From NCBI GenBank assembly GCA_003695765.1, contig RFHQ01000063.1, forward strand, positions 562 through 64,561: a stretch of 64,000 bases of DNA, read 5' to 3'. Shown here piece by piece: positions 27,892-36,022 of this stretch. Source of the DNA: Gammaproteobacteria bacterium (GTDB lineage Bacteria; Pseudomonadota; Gammaproteobacteria; Steroidobacterales; GCA-2729495). A program made the translations under genes and the position numbers. How positions within the stretch are numbered: position 1 is the stretch's first letter; every line of letters begins with the position of its first letter. The notes under the pieces were generated by a model. It saw only the letters and a program-made list of their open reading frames with translations. It ran no database searches and was not told the DNA's origin.

Positions 27892-29946
27892 ATGAAGCAG
27901 ATCTTCCGTATACCCCGTTACCTGATGGTCGGTGCGAGCGTCATGCTCCTGACCACGCTGGTGACCGGGCTGGCCGTGCTGCTGCTGCACGTAGAACCGG
28001 TCACGAATTTCGCCAGCCAGCCGCTGCCGACGGTCCTGATGGCGCTGCTGGTGCTCGGCTGCGGCGTCGCGGCCGGTGTCGCGGCGGCCGTCGTCCAGCG
28101 GCATCGCGAGGACATCCGGGGCGTCGTCGCCGCGGTCGAGGCGCTCGAGGAAGGCGAGCTGGACACCTGGCCGCCGGCGCCGTTCGACGGAGACCTGGGC
28201 CAGCTCGCGCAGGCGTTCCGGCGGCTGCAGCAGCGCCTGAAGAAACTCACGGTCTCGCGCAACTACCTCGACCAGGTGCTCGCGAGCATGCAGGACGCGC
28301 TGCTGCTGGTCGGCGCGGACGGCCGCATCAAGCGCGTCAACCCAGCGGCCTGCGAACTGCTGGAAGCCACCGAGTCCGAGCTGCTGGGGCGGCCGGTCGT
28401 CGAACTGATCGCCCCGGCGCAGCGCGCCCAGTTCGGCGGCGAGCGGCGGCCGGATCCGCGCGGTGAAGCGATCATGTTGAGCCTGCGCGGGCGCGAAGTG
28501 CCGGTCGCCTACACCTGGTCGCCGATCGAGGCCACCGAACCCGACCTGTCGGGCGCCATCATCGCCGTGCGCGACATCACCGAACGCAAGCTGGCCGACC
28601 GGCGCATTCGCTATCTCGCGCGCATCGATGCCCTGACCAAAGTGCCGAACCGGATGCAGTTCCAGCACCTGCTGCAGCGGGCGATCGCGCGGGCACGGCG
28701 CGCACATGGTCATGTCGCGCTGCTGTATGTCGATATCGACCGCTTCAAGGACATCAACGACACCTTCGGGCATGCCGCCGGCGACGCGGCACTGGAGACC
28801 CTGGCGCGGCGGGTCACGAACCTGCTGCCCTCGGGCGCCTTCATGGGGCGGCTGGCGGGTGACGAATTCGGCGTCGTGCTGTTCCCGCGGGAGCCGGTGA
28901 GGCCGGACAACGGCGAACTGGGCCGCCTGGTGCAACGCATCCGGCGTGCTGTCGGCGAGGTACTGCTGGTCCAGGGGCATGAGCTGTATATCAGCGTCAG
29001 TATCGGCATCGCCGGCTTCCCGACCGATGCCGACAATGTGCTGGACCTCATTCGCAATGCCGATGCCGCGCTCTACGAAGCCAAGAGCGCCGGCGGCAAC
29101 CGGGTCGAGTACTACCGCCCGGAAATGAACGCCGCCCAGGTCGAGCGCCTGATCCTGAAGAGCCAGCTCCGCCGCTCCTACGAACTCGACGAGCTGCTGA
29201 TCAACTACCAGCCGAAGGTCTCCGTGCGCAGCGGCCGGATCGCCGGCGCCGAGGCCCTGGTCCGCTGGGACCTCAGCGAACACGGCCTGATCCTGCCGTC
29301 CGAATTCATCCCGCTGGCCGAGGAGACCAATCTGATACTGGAGATCGGCGAGTGGGTGCTGAATCGGGTCTGCGCCGACTACGCCGAATGGCGGCGGCAC
29401 GGCAGCCAGCCGGGGCGGATTTCGGTGAATCTCTCGCTGAAGCAGCTGGCCCAGCCGAATTTCTCGCGGCGGATCGGGCGGATATTGAAACGTCACGGCA
29501 TCACACCCGAATGCCTGGAACTGGAACTGACCGAGACCACGCTGATGGCCGATCCGGAGCGCACGATCGCCGTGCTCCGGGAGCTGCACGACATGCGCCT
29601 GCACCTGGCGATCGACGACTTCGGCACCGGCTATTCTTCGCTGAGCGCCCTGCAGAAATTCCCGATCTCGACGCTGAAGATCGACCAGTCCTTCGTCGCC
29701 AACGCGGCCAGCGACGCTGACGACGCGACGATGATCGCGACCATGGTGGACATGGCGCACCGGATGCACATGGAAGTCGTTGCCGAGGGGGTCGAATCCG
29801 AGGAGCAGCTGAGCCTGCTGCGCCGCCTCGATTGCGATTACGTCCAGGGACTGCTGTTCGGCGAGCCGATGAGCGCGCGCGCCTACCGCGACCTGATCGA
29901 CGCCCAGCGCGACGGTACCGATTCCTACCGGGCCTTGTTCGGCTGA
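27892..29946 (+). CDS. Membrane-bound HAMP-PAS-GGDEF-EAL signalling protein (c-di-GMP turnover)
   Basis: An N-terminal TM segment and a PAS domain (LASMQDALLLVGADGRIKRVNPAA) are present. The GGDEF domain carries AGDEF, and the EAL domain carries EALVRW, DDFGTGYSS and QG. Start taken at ATG 27892 within track ORF 27562..29946. Confidence 0.9.
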   Translation: MKQIFRIPRYLMVGASVMLLTTLVTGLAVLLLHVEPVTNFASQPLPTVLMALLVLGCGVAAGVAAAVVQRHREDIRGVVAAVEALEEGELDTWPPAPFDGDLGQLAQAFRRLQQRLKKLTVSRNYLDQVLASMQDALLLVGADGRIKRVNPAACELLEATESELLGRPVVELIAPAQRAQFGGERRPDPRGEAIMLSLRGREVPVAYTWSPIEATEPDLSGAIIAVRDITERKLADRRIRYLARIDALTKVPNRMQFQHLLQRAIARARRAHGHVALLYVDIDRFKDINDTFGHAAGDAALETLARRVTNLLPSGAFMGRLAGDEFGVVLFPREPVRPDNGELGRLVQRIRRAVGEVLLVQGHELYISVSIGIAGFPTDADNVLDLIRNADAALYEAKSAGGNRVEYYRPEMNAAQVERLILKSQLRRSYELDELLINYQPKVSVRSGRIAGAEALVRWDLSEHGLILPSEFIPLAEETNLILEIGEWVLNRVCADYAEWRRHGSQPGRISVNLSLKQLAQPNFSRRIGRILKRHGITPECLELELTETTLMADPERTIAVLRELHDMRLHLAIDDFGTGYSSLSALQKFPISTLKIDQSFVANAASDADDATMIATMVDMAHRMHMEVVAEGVESEEQLSLLRRLDCDYVQGLLFGEPMSARAYRDLIDAQRDGTDSYRALFG

Positions 29947-31082
29947 GACCGGCCGTAGCCGGTCAACTCCATGTAACCGCGACCCAGCCGGCGCTCGCCA
30001 GCGACTGACAGGACGTCGACGACTCCCTCCCAGTAGCGTACCGACAGGTCCTGTTCCTGGTCGGCAACTGCCGCGCGCAGCAGCAGCGATGGCTCGGCCA
30101 GCCAGTCCAGCCGCCAGCTCACGGGCCAGCGAATGCCGGTTCGCGGGCTGCGCCAATGCGCGACCGGACGCAACTGGAAATCCTGCACAGCCAGTGGCAC
30201 GCGATCGCCATTCGCGGTCACCAGACTGCCAGCGGACACGGCCTGCGGGCGGCCCTGCGCATCGCGCAACACGTAGAGCATCAGCTCGCGACCGTCGTCC
30301 AGCTGCAGGCCGAACCAGTCCCAGCCGACGACCCCGGGCGGCAGGCTGCTGCTGCTCCATTCGCGATCCAGCCAGGCGGAGCCGCTGACCATCAGCGGCT
30401 CCCCGCCCAGCAGCAGCACGCCGCTGACCGGCAGGCGCGTGTAGCTGTAATACCAGGAGGCGTTGCCCGGTTCCGGCCCTTTGGCGCTGAGGCCGGCATT
30501 GCCATGAAAAACCGGCGGCTTGCCCGGCGCGAGCCGCAGTGCCAGCGTCGCGTCGAGCTCGGCATCGCCGGCCTGCAAGGACAGTGGCAGAAAGCTCTCA
30601 CCGTCGCTGCGTGCCGACCAGTCATCCAGCCAGACTGCGAACGGCGCGCCTTGCACGCCGGCGATCCCGGCATAGGGCCGGGCAAAACGCTCGACGGCCC
30701 GGTGGTCGCCGCGACTGACATCGGTCAAGGCGAAATGAGCGAAATAGAGCTGATTGCGACTGTCGGCCGATGCCGGTGCCAGCGGAAACAGCGCATGACG
30801 GAAGAAGGTGAGCTGAAAACCAAAGCGCCGGCCACCGGCTGCGTCCAGGTGGCCGGTGAAATACCACCACTCGGTGCGGTAATCCGGATGCGGGCCATGA
30901 TCGCGGGGCAATTCGATCCGCCCCGGCGCCTGCGCTCGCCGAAACCCGGCCGGACTGGCATCGCCGCCGAGCAGGCTGGCCACGTCGACCGCGGGCGCGA
31001 CCGGATCGCCCGCGGGCCGGCTCAGCCACCAGGCCGAGAGCAGCAGGCCGACGACGAGCAGGGCGAGGAGCCAGCGTCCCAT
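29925..31082 (-). CDS. AttH/CrtC-like lipocalin-fold protein (hydroxyneurosporene synthase family)
   Basis: An N-terminal anchor is followed by HPDYRTEWWYFTGHL and FGFQLTFFR, which are typical of AttH-like proteins. It lies directly downstream of an FtsX-type ABC system, as in the attEFGH arrangement. Confidence 0.8.
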   Translation of the reverse strand: MGRWLLALLVVGLLLSAWWLSRPAGDPVAPAVDVASLLGGDASPAGFRRAQAPGRIELPRDHGPHPDYRTEWWYFTGHLDAAGGRRFGFQLTFFRHALFPLAPASADSRNQLYFAHFALTDVSRGDHRAVERFARPYAGIAGVQGAPFAVWLDDWSARSDGESFLPLSLQAGDAELDATLALRLAPGKPPVFHGNAGLSAKGPEPGNASWYYSYTRLPVSGVLLLGGEPLMVSGSAWLDREWSSSSLPPGVVGWDWFGLQLDDGRELMLYVLRDAQGRPQAVSAGSLVTANGDRVPLAVQDFQLRPVAHWRSPRTGIRWPVSWRLDWLAEPSLLLRAAVADQEQDLSVRYWEGVVDVLSVAGERRLGRGYMELTGYGRSQPNKAR

Positions 31083-33602
31083 TCAGAACTCCCGCAGCCC
31101 GCGCGCCGGTGGCCAGCGCAACGCCTGCCGCGCCGGCCACCAGCCGGCGAGCAGGCCGGCCAGCGCCGCCAGCAGCACCGAATCCACCAGCAGCCCGACG
31201 TCGACGGCAAAGCCCATCGACCAGCCGAAGGCCAGCCGGTTGACGATCGCGATCAGCAGCCAGGCCAGCAACAGCCCGACCGGCACGGCCAGCAGGCCCG
31301 AACAGGCGCCCAGCAGGCCCGACTGGAACAGGCTCAGCCGCAGCAACTGGCCCGGTGCCAGCCCCAGTGCCCGCATGACCGCGGTCTCGCGCGCACTGTC
31401 CAGGCGCTGGGCCTGCAACGCATTGACGATCGCGATCACGGCCACCAGCCCCGCGATCAGCCGCAGCACCTCGGTGATCGTGAAGGTGCGATCGAAGACG
31501 GCGAGGCTGATGTCGCGCAGGAAATCGGTGCTGATCACGCGCATGCCCCGGTGGCGCGCGGCCAGTTCGGCCGCCGCCCGTGCCAGCTGCTGCTCGCTGC
31601 CGGGCCGGGCGAACAGGCCGACGCTGTCCAGCGCGCGGTCGCCGAAATACCGGCGGTAGACGTCGAGATCCATGGCCACGGTGCCGAGATCGCTGCTGTA
31701 GTCGACGAATTCGGCGAGCACCTCGAAATCGCGCGCGCCCGACGGCGTCAGCAAGGTCAGCCGGTCGCCGGCGCGCAGCCCCCGCTTGCTGGCCAGCGAT
31801 TCGGACACGATCACCGCCGGCCCGGCGGCCAGCGATCGCAACAGCTCGGCCCGCGGCACGGCGCTCAGGGGCCAGCGGCCGTGGCGGGGGTCACTGCGCA
31901 CGGCCCGCAAGCTGCCGAGCCCCGCCGCATCCGGCAGCGGCCGGCGCCGGTCGAGCCGCCAGCCGGCCAGCCCCGGCAGTTCGCGCAACTCGTCGAGCAA
32001 GCTCTGCTCGTCAACGCCCGGCGCCGCGGGCAAGCGCAACAGCAGATCGGCGTCCAGGCTGTAGTCCAGCCAGATCCCGACACTGCTGCGGAAACTGCCG
32101 ATCATCAGGCCGATACCGCTGAAGGTGGCGACCGCCAGCATCAGCGCGGCCGCCGCCGGCCCGGTGCGCACGAGCTGGGCCGCGGCGCCGCGCGCAGCCC
32201 AGGCACCGGTGAGGCTGCCGAAGCGGGCGAGCAGCCGGCCGCAGCCCCGCAGCATCGGCGCGAGAGCGGGCGGCACGGCCAGCGCCAGGGCCACCAGCAG
32301 CAGGAACAGGCCGGCGAACGCGAACGGCAGCGCGGGCGCCGTCGCCAGCAACGCAGCCGCGGCGGCCAGACCGACGAGCGCCAGCAGCAGCAGCTGGCGA
32401 TAGCGGCGCGGCGCGCGCCGCAACGGCGCCGAGCGGTGCATGGCCTCGGCCGGGGGCGTCAACGCGGCCTCGGTCGCCGGCAGCAGCGCGGCCGCGAGCG
32501 CAGCCCCGGTGCCAAGCATGACCGCCTTGGCGAGCGCTGCGACCGACAGCGTGAACTCGTTCACGGCCGCGACCAGGTAGAGGTCGGAAATCGTGCGCAA
32601 GACCAGTCGCACGAGACCGGAACCGAGCACGATGCCACCGGCCAGGCCGAGCGCCACGCCGGCCAGCGCCAGCGCCGCGGTCTCGGCCAGCACCGCGAGC
32701 TGCAACTGGCGGCGCGCGAGGCCGAGACCGCGCAGCAGTCCGAAGATCTCGCGACGGCGCACGACCGCGAAGGCGACGGTGCTGTAGACGAGGAAACCGC
32801 CCAGCACGAGCGTCAGCAGGCTCAGCGCCTGCAGATTGACCCGGAAGGCGCGCGACATGCCCGTCAATTGGGCCAGCCGCTCCGGGACGCTGCGGAGCAC
32901 GAGGCCCTGGCGTTCCAGCCAGGGCCGCAGGCGCGCCGCGCTGCGCTCGTCGATACGCAGGTCGATCCGGCTGAAGCCGCCGCCCGGGGCAAACAGTTCG
33001 CGCGCTGTCAGCAAATCCGCGTGGATCAGCCGCTGGCGATCGTCATCGATCACCGCCAGCACCGGCAGGCGACGCCCGGGCCAGGGATCGGCCAGCACCA
33101 GCTCGTCCCCCGCGTTCAGCGCCAGCGCCTGTGCCACGGGCGCGGGCAGCAGCACGGCATCGGCCGTGGCCAGCAGCCGGCGCCATAACGCCGCATCGCC
33201 GAATGGCGCCAGCCGGGCGCCGACGCGCGTCGCGGCGAAGGGATCGCGGCCGACCAGGCGATAGGCACGGCCCGGATCGTCGGCCAGGCGCACGCGCCCC
33301 TCGATCACGCCCGCCGAGGCGGCGATGCCCTGCTCCCGGCGCAGCGCCGCGAGCACCGCCTCCGGCACCAGACCGCCGGGCCGGACGATCTCATGACTCG
33401 CCTGACCGCGCAGCAGCCGGGCGGTCGCGGCAAAGGCGCGGTTGGCGCTGTCGCTGGCCAGATCCACCGCGAGCACCGCGGCCACGCCGAGCGCGATGCC
33501 CGCGATCGTCAGCAACAGCTGAGCCGGATGGCGCGCGTGAAATCGCAACCCCGCGAGCAGGACGAGCCATGCCTGGTAGTGCGGTGGCCGGCGGCTCAGC
33601 AC
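31083..33602 (-). CDS. ABC transporter permease with duplicated FtsX domains (MacB/LolCE-like)
   Basis: The product is 839 aa with two FtsX-like TM bundles. Its stop abuts the AttH start, and its start overlaps the ATPase gene. Confidence 0.85.
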   Translation of the reverse strand: MLSRRPPHYQAWLVLLAGLRFHARHPAQLLLTIAGIALGVAAVLAVDLASDSANRAFAATARLLRGQASHEIVRPGGLVPEAVLAALRREQGIAASAGVIEGRVRLADDPGRAYRLVGRDPFAATRVGARLAPFGDAALWRRLLATADAVLLPAPVAQALALNAGDELVLADPWPGRRLPVLAVIDDDRQRLIHADLLTARELFAPGGGFSRIDLRIDERSAARLRPWLERQGLVLRSVPERLAQLTGMSRAFRVNLQALSLLTLVLGGFLVYSTVAFAVVRRREIFGLLRGLGLARRQLQLAVLAETAALALAGVALGLAGGIVLGSGLVRLVLRTISDLYLVAAVNEFTLSVAALAKAVMLGTGAALAAALLPATEAALTPPAEAMHRSAPLRRAPRRYRQLLLLALVGLAAAAALLATAPALPFAFAGLFLLLVALALAVPPALAPMLRGCGRLLARFGSLTGAWAARGAAAQLVRTGPAAAALMLAVATFSGIGLMIGSFRSSVGIWLDYSLDADLLLRLPAAPGVDEQSLLDELRELPGLAGWRLDRRRPLPDAAGLGSLRAVRSDPRHGRWPLSAVPRAELLRSLAAGPAVIVSESLASKRGLRAGDRLTLLTPSGARDFEVLAEFVDYSSDLGTVAMDLDVYRRYFGDRALDSVGLFARPGSEQQLARAAAELAARHRGMRVISTDFLRDISLAVFDRTFTITEVLRLIAGLVAVIAIVNALQAQRLDSARETAVMRALGLAPGQLLRLSLFQSGLLGACSGLLAVPVGLLLAWLLIAIVNRLAFGWSMGFAVDVGLLVDSVLLAALAGLLAGWWPARQALRWPPARGLREF

Positions 33603-34321
33603 GGCGCGGGCACCAGCCGGCCGTCACGGATCTCCAGCAGGCGCGTCGCGCGGCCGATGACCTGGCGGCTGTGGGTCGCCATCACGAGGCTGCGGCCGCG
33701 ATCACCGCTGTGCGCCTGCAGCAGGTCCAGGGTGCGGCGGGCATTGTCGAGGTCCAGGTTGCCGGTCGGCTCGTCGGCGATGACCACGCTCGGCTCGTGC
33801 ACGACGGCGCGCAGCACGGCGACCCGCTGCTGCTCGCCTCCGGCCAGTTCGTCGGGATAGCGCGCCGCCAGTTCCGCCAGTCCAGCCTCGGCCAGCAGCC
33901 GCTGGCAACGCGCTGCCGCGGTCCGGCGCGGCAGGCCGTTCAGCTCCGCCGGCAGCAGCAGGTTTTCCAGCACCGTCAGCGTCGGCACGAGGTTGAAGGC
34001 CTGAAAGACGAAGCCGATCTCCCGTCGCCTGAATGCGGCGAGCCGGCTCTCGTCCAGCGTATCGAGACGCTGCCCCCGGTAGCGGATCTCTCCGGCGCTG
34101 GGCCGGTCCAGCGCCCCGAGCAGGTTCAGCAGCGTCGACTTGCCCGAGCCGCTGCGCCCGATGATCACGAGCCGCTCGCCGGCGGCGATGTCCAGGTTCA
34201 GATCGCGCAGCACCGGCCGCTCCGGATTGCCATAATGCTTGCTGACACCGCTCAGGCGGAAATCGGGCCGGTCGTCGCCGCCGTCCGGCGATTCAGCCCC
34301 ATTGTTCAATTTATCAGCCAC
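33596..34321 (-). CDS. ABC transporter ATP-binding protein (LolD/MacB-ATPase type)
   Basis: Walker A (GRSGSGKST), the signature (LAGGEQQRVA) and Walker B (VVIADEPTGNLD) are present. Confidence 0.92.
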   Translation of the reverse strand: MADKLNNGAESPDGGDDRPDFRLSGVSKHYGNPERPVLRDLNLDIAAGERLVIIGRSGSGKSTLLNLLGALDRPSAGEIRYRGQRLDTLDESRLAAFRRREIGFVFQAFNLVPTLTVLENLLLPAELNGLPRRTAAARCQRLLAEAGLAELAARYPDELAGGEQQRVAVLRAVVHEPSVVIADEPTGNLDLDNARRTLDLLQAHSGDRGRSLVMATHSRQVIGRATRLLEIRDGRLVPAPC

Positions 34322-34460
34322 TTAGACTCCCGTCGGTCACTGTCGGAAAGCCCGCATTGACCCGCGGGCGGCGCACTGGGGCATAATTCCCGACCCGATC
34401 GCCGCGGCCCGCGGAGGCAAGCAGGGCCGCGGCGGCGCCAAGAGCAGGAGAGAACTCAGG

Positions 34461-34805
34461 ATGATCAAGCTCCGTTGCGCCACCGCGCTGACCGCCTGGC
34501 TGTTGACCGCGCCCGCCATCACGCTGGGCGCCTGCCCCTATCCGGAAGACGTCGACATCCCCGACGGCTCCGCCGCGACCGAGCAGGAAATGCTCGCCGC
34601 CCAGAAACAGGTCAAGGCCTACATCGCCGATATGGAAGCCTACCTGAAGTGTCTCGACGAAGAAGAGGCGGCGCTGGGCGAAGAGGTGACGCCTGAGCAG
34701 CGGGCGCTGCACGTCTCGCGTCACAACGCCGCTGTCGACGCGATGGAGCAGGTCGCCGCGCAGTTCAACGAACAGATCCGCGCATACAAGTCGGTCAACG
34801 ACTAG
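34461..34805 (+). CDS. Hypothetical secreted alpha-helical protein
   Basis: The product is 114 aa with a signal peptide ending ITLGAC. Third positions are GC-rich. No family recognised. Confidence 0.6.
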   Translation: MIKLRCATALTAWLLTAPAITLGACPYPEDVDIPDGSAATEQEMLAAQKQVKAYIADMEAYLKCLDEEEAALGEEVTPEQRALHVSRHNAAVDAMEQVAAQFNEQIRAYKSVND

Positions 34806-34889
34806 GCCGACGGGCCGGCCGGCCCGCAGGCCGCCCGGCAGACTGATCGCCGGCACCGCGGCCGGCCCGATGACAGGACACAAGCAACG

Positions 34890-35873
34890 ATGAGCACACC
34901 CGCCCGCGTTACGATCACCGGTGCCGCCGGACAGATCGGCTACCAACTCGCGTTTCGCATTGCCTCCGGACAATTGCTCGGCGCCAATCAACCGATCGTG
35001 TTGCAGCTGCTGGAGATTCCACCGGCCCTCGATGCGCTGCGCGGTGTCGTCATGGAACTCGAGGACTGCGCCTTCCCGACATTGCACGGCATCGTCGCGA
35101 CCGATCAGGCCGACGTCGCGTTCAAGGACACCGACTACGCCTTGCTGGTCGGCGCCAAGCCGCGTGGCCCGGGGATGGAGCGCAGCGATCTGCTGAAGGA
35201 CAACGCGCGGATCTTTTCCGCTCAGGGCCGCGCGCTGAACGAACATGCGTCGCGCGACGTGCGCGTGCTCGTTGTCGGCAACCCCGCCAACACCAATGCG
35301 CTGATCGCGCAGCAGAACGCGCCCGACCTGAACCCGGCCAACTTCACGGCGATGACGCGGCTGGATCACAATCGCGCGCTGGCGCAAATCGCGGCGAAGA
35401 CCGGCCAGCACGTCAGCAAGATCCGGCAGATGACGATCTGGGGCAATCACTCGGCCACGCAGTACCCGGACATCAGCCATGCGACCATCGACGACAAGCC
35501 CGTCATCGACATGGTCGACGAAGACTGGGTCGTGAACGAATTCATTCCCACCGTGCAGCAGCGGGGCGCCGCGATCATCAAGGCGCGCGGCGCGTCGAGC
35601 GCCGCATCGGCCGCGTCGGCCGCGATCGATCATGTCCGCGACTGGGCGCTCGGCACGCCCGGTGACGACTGGGTCAGCATGGCGGTGCCGGCCGACGGCA
35701 GCTACGACATCGAGCCCGGCGTCATCTATTCCTTCCCCTGCCGCTGCAGCAACGGCAGGTATGAGATCGTCCAGGGGCTGGAGATCAGCGACTTCAGCCG
35801 CGAACGAATGGTTGCGACGGATCGCGAACTGCGCGAAGAACGAGCGGCCGTGGCAGAACTGTTGCAGGCCTGA
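34890..35873 (+). CDS. mdh: Malate dehydrogenase (LDH-like MDH, 327 aa)
   Basis: [45 protein letters not shown] and IWGNHS are present. Confidence 0.95.
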   Translation: MSTPARVTITGAAGQIGYQLAFRIASGQLLGANQPIVLQLLEIPPALDALRGVVMELEDCAFPTLHGIVATDQADVAFKDTDYALLVGAKPRGPGMERSDLLKDNARIFSAQGRALNEHASRDVRVLVVGNPANTNALIAQQNAPDLNPANFTAMTRLDHNRALAQIAAKTGQHVSKIRQMTIWGNHSATQYPDISHATIDDKPVIDMVDEDWVVNEFIPTVQQRGAAIIKARGASSAASAASAAIDHVRDWALGTPGDDWVSMAVPADGSYDIEPGVIYSFPCRCSNGRYEIVQGLEISDFSRERMVATDRELREERAAVAELLQA

Positions 35874-35926
35874 TGCACCGCGGCCCGCTGCGGGCCGCAC
35901 TGCAGCAATGACAATGTCCTGCGAGC

Positions 35927-35942
35927 CCGGACCGTGGTCCGG
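35927..35942. promoter_or_regulatory. Near-perfect 16-bp palindrome CCGGACCGTGGTCCGG upstream of fadE; candidate operator
   Basis: Read from the sequence. 14 of 16 positions are self-complementary. It lies about 80 bp upstream of the fadE GTG start and is followed by an AT-rich stretch (TATATTTATAT). Confidence 0.3.
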
Positions 35943-36022
35943 TATATTTATATCGGGTACCGGAACTATCTTTCCGCGCCGGGTGCAATCCGGGCCGGCA
36001 GCGGACACCGCGAGGAACTGAC

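Noticed and set aside
27745-30360. 871-aa minus-strand ORF
   Set aside because: It is antisense to the HAMP-PAS-GGDEF-EAL gene and overlaps the AttH-like gene in another frame. No motifs are present.
30156-33188. 1010-aa plus-strand ORF, the longest unexplained ORF in the track
   Set aside because: It is antisense to the AttH-like and FtsX-permease genes. Its translation is dominated by R, Q, A, G and P runs (for example QQQEQAGERERQRGRRRQQRSRGG) with no domain signature. I treat it as a stop-codon-poor antisense frame, not a gene.
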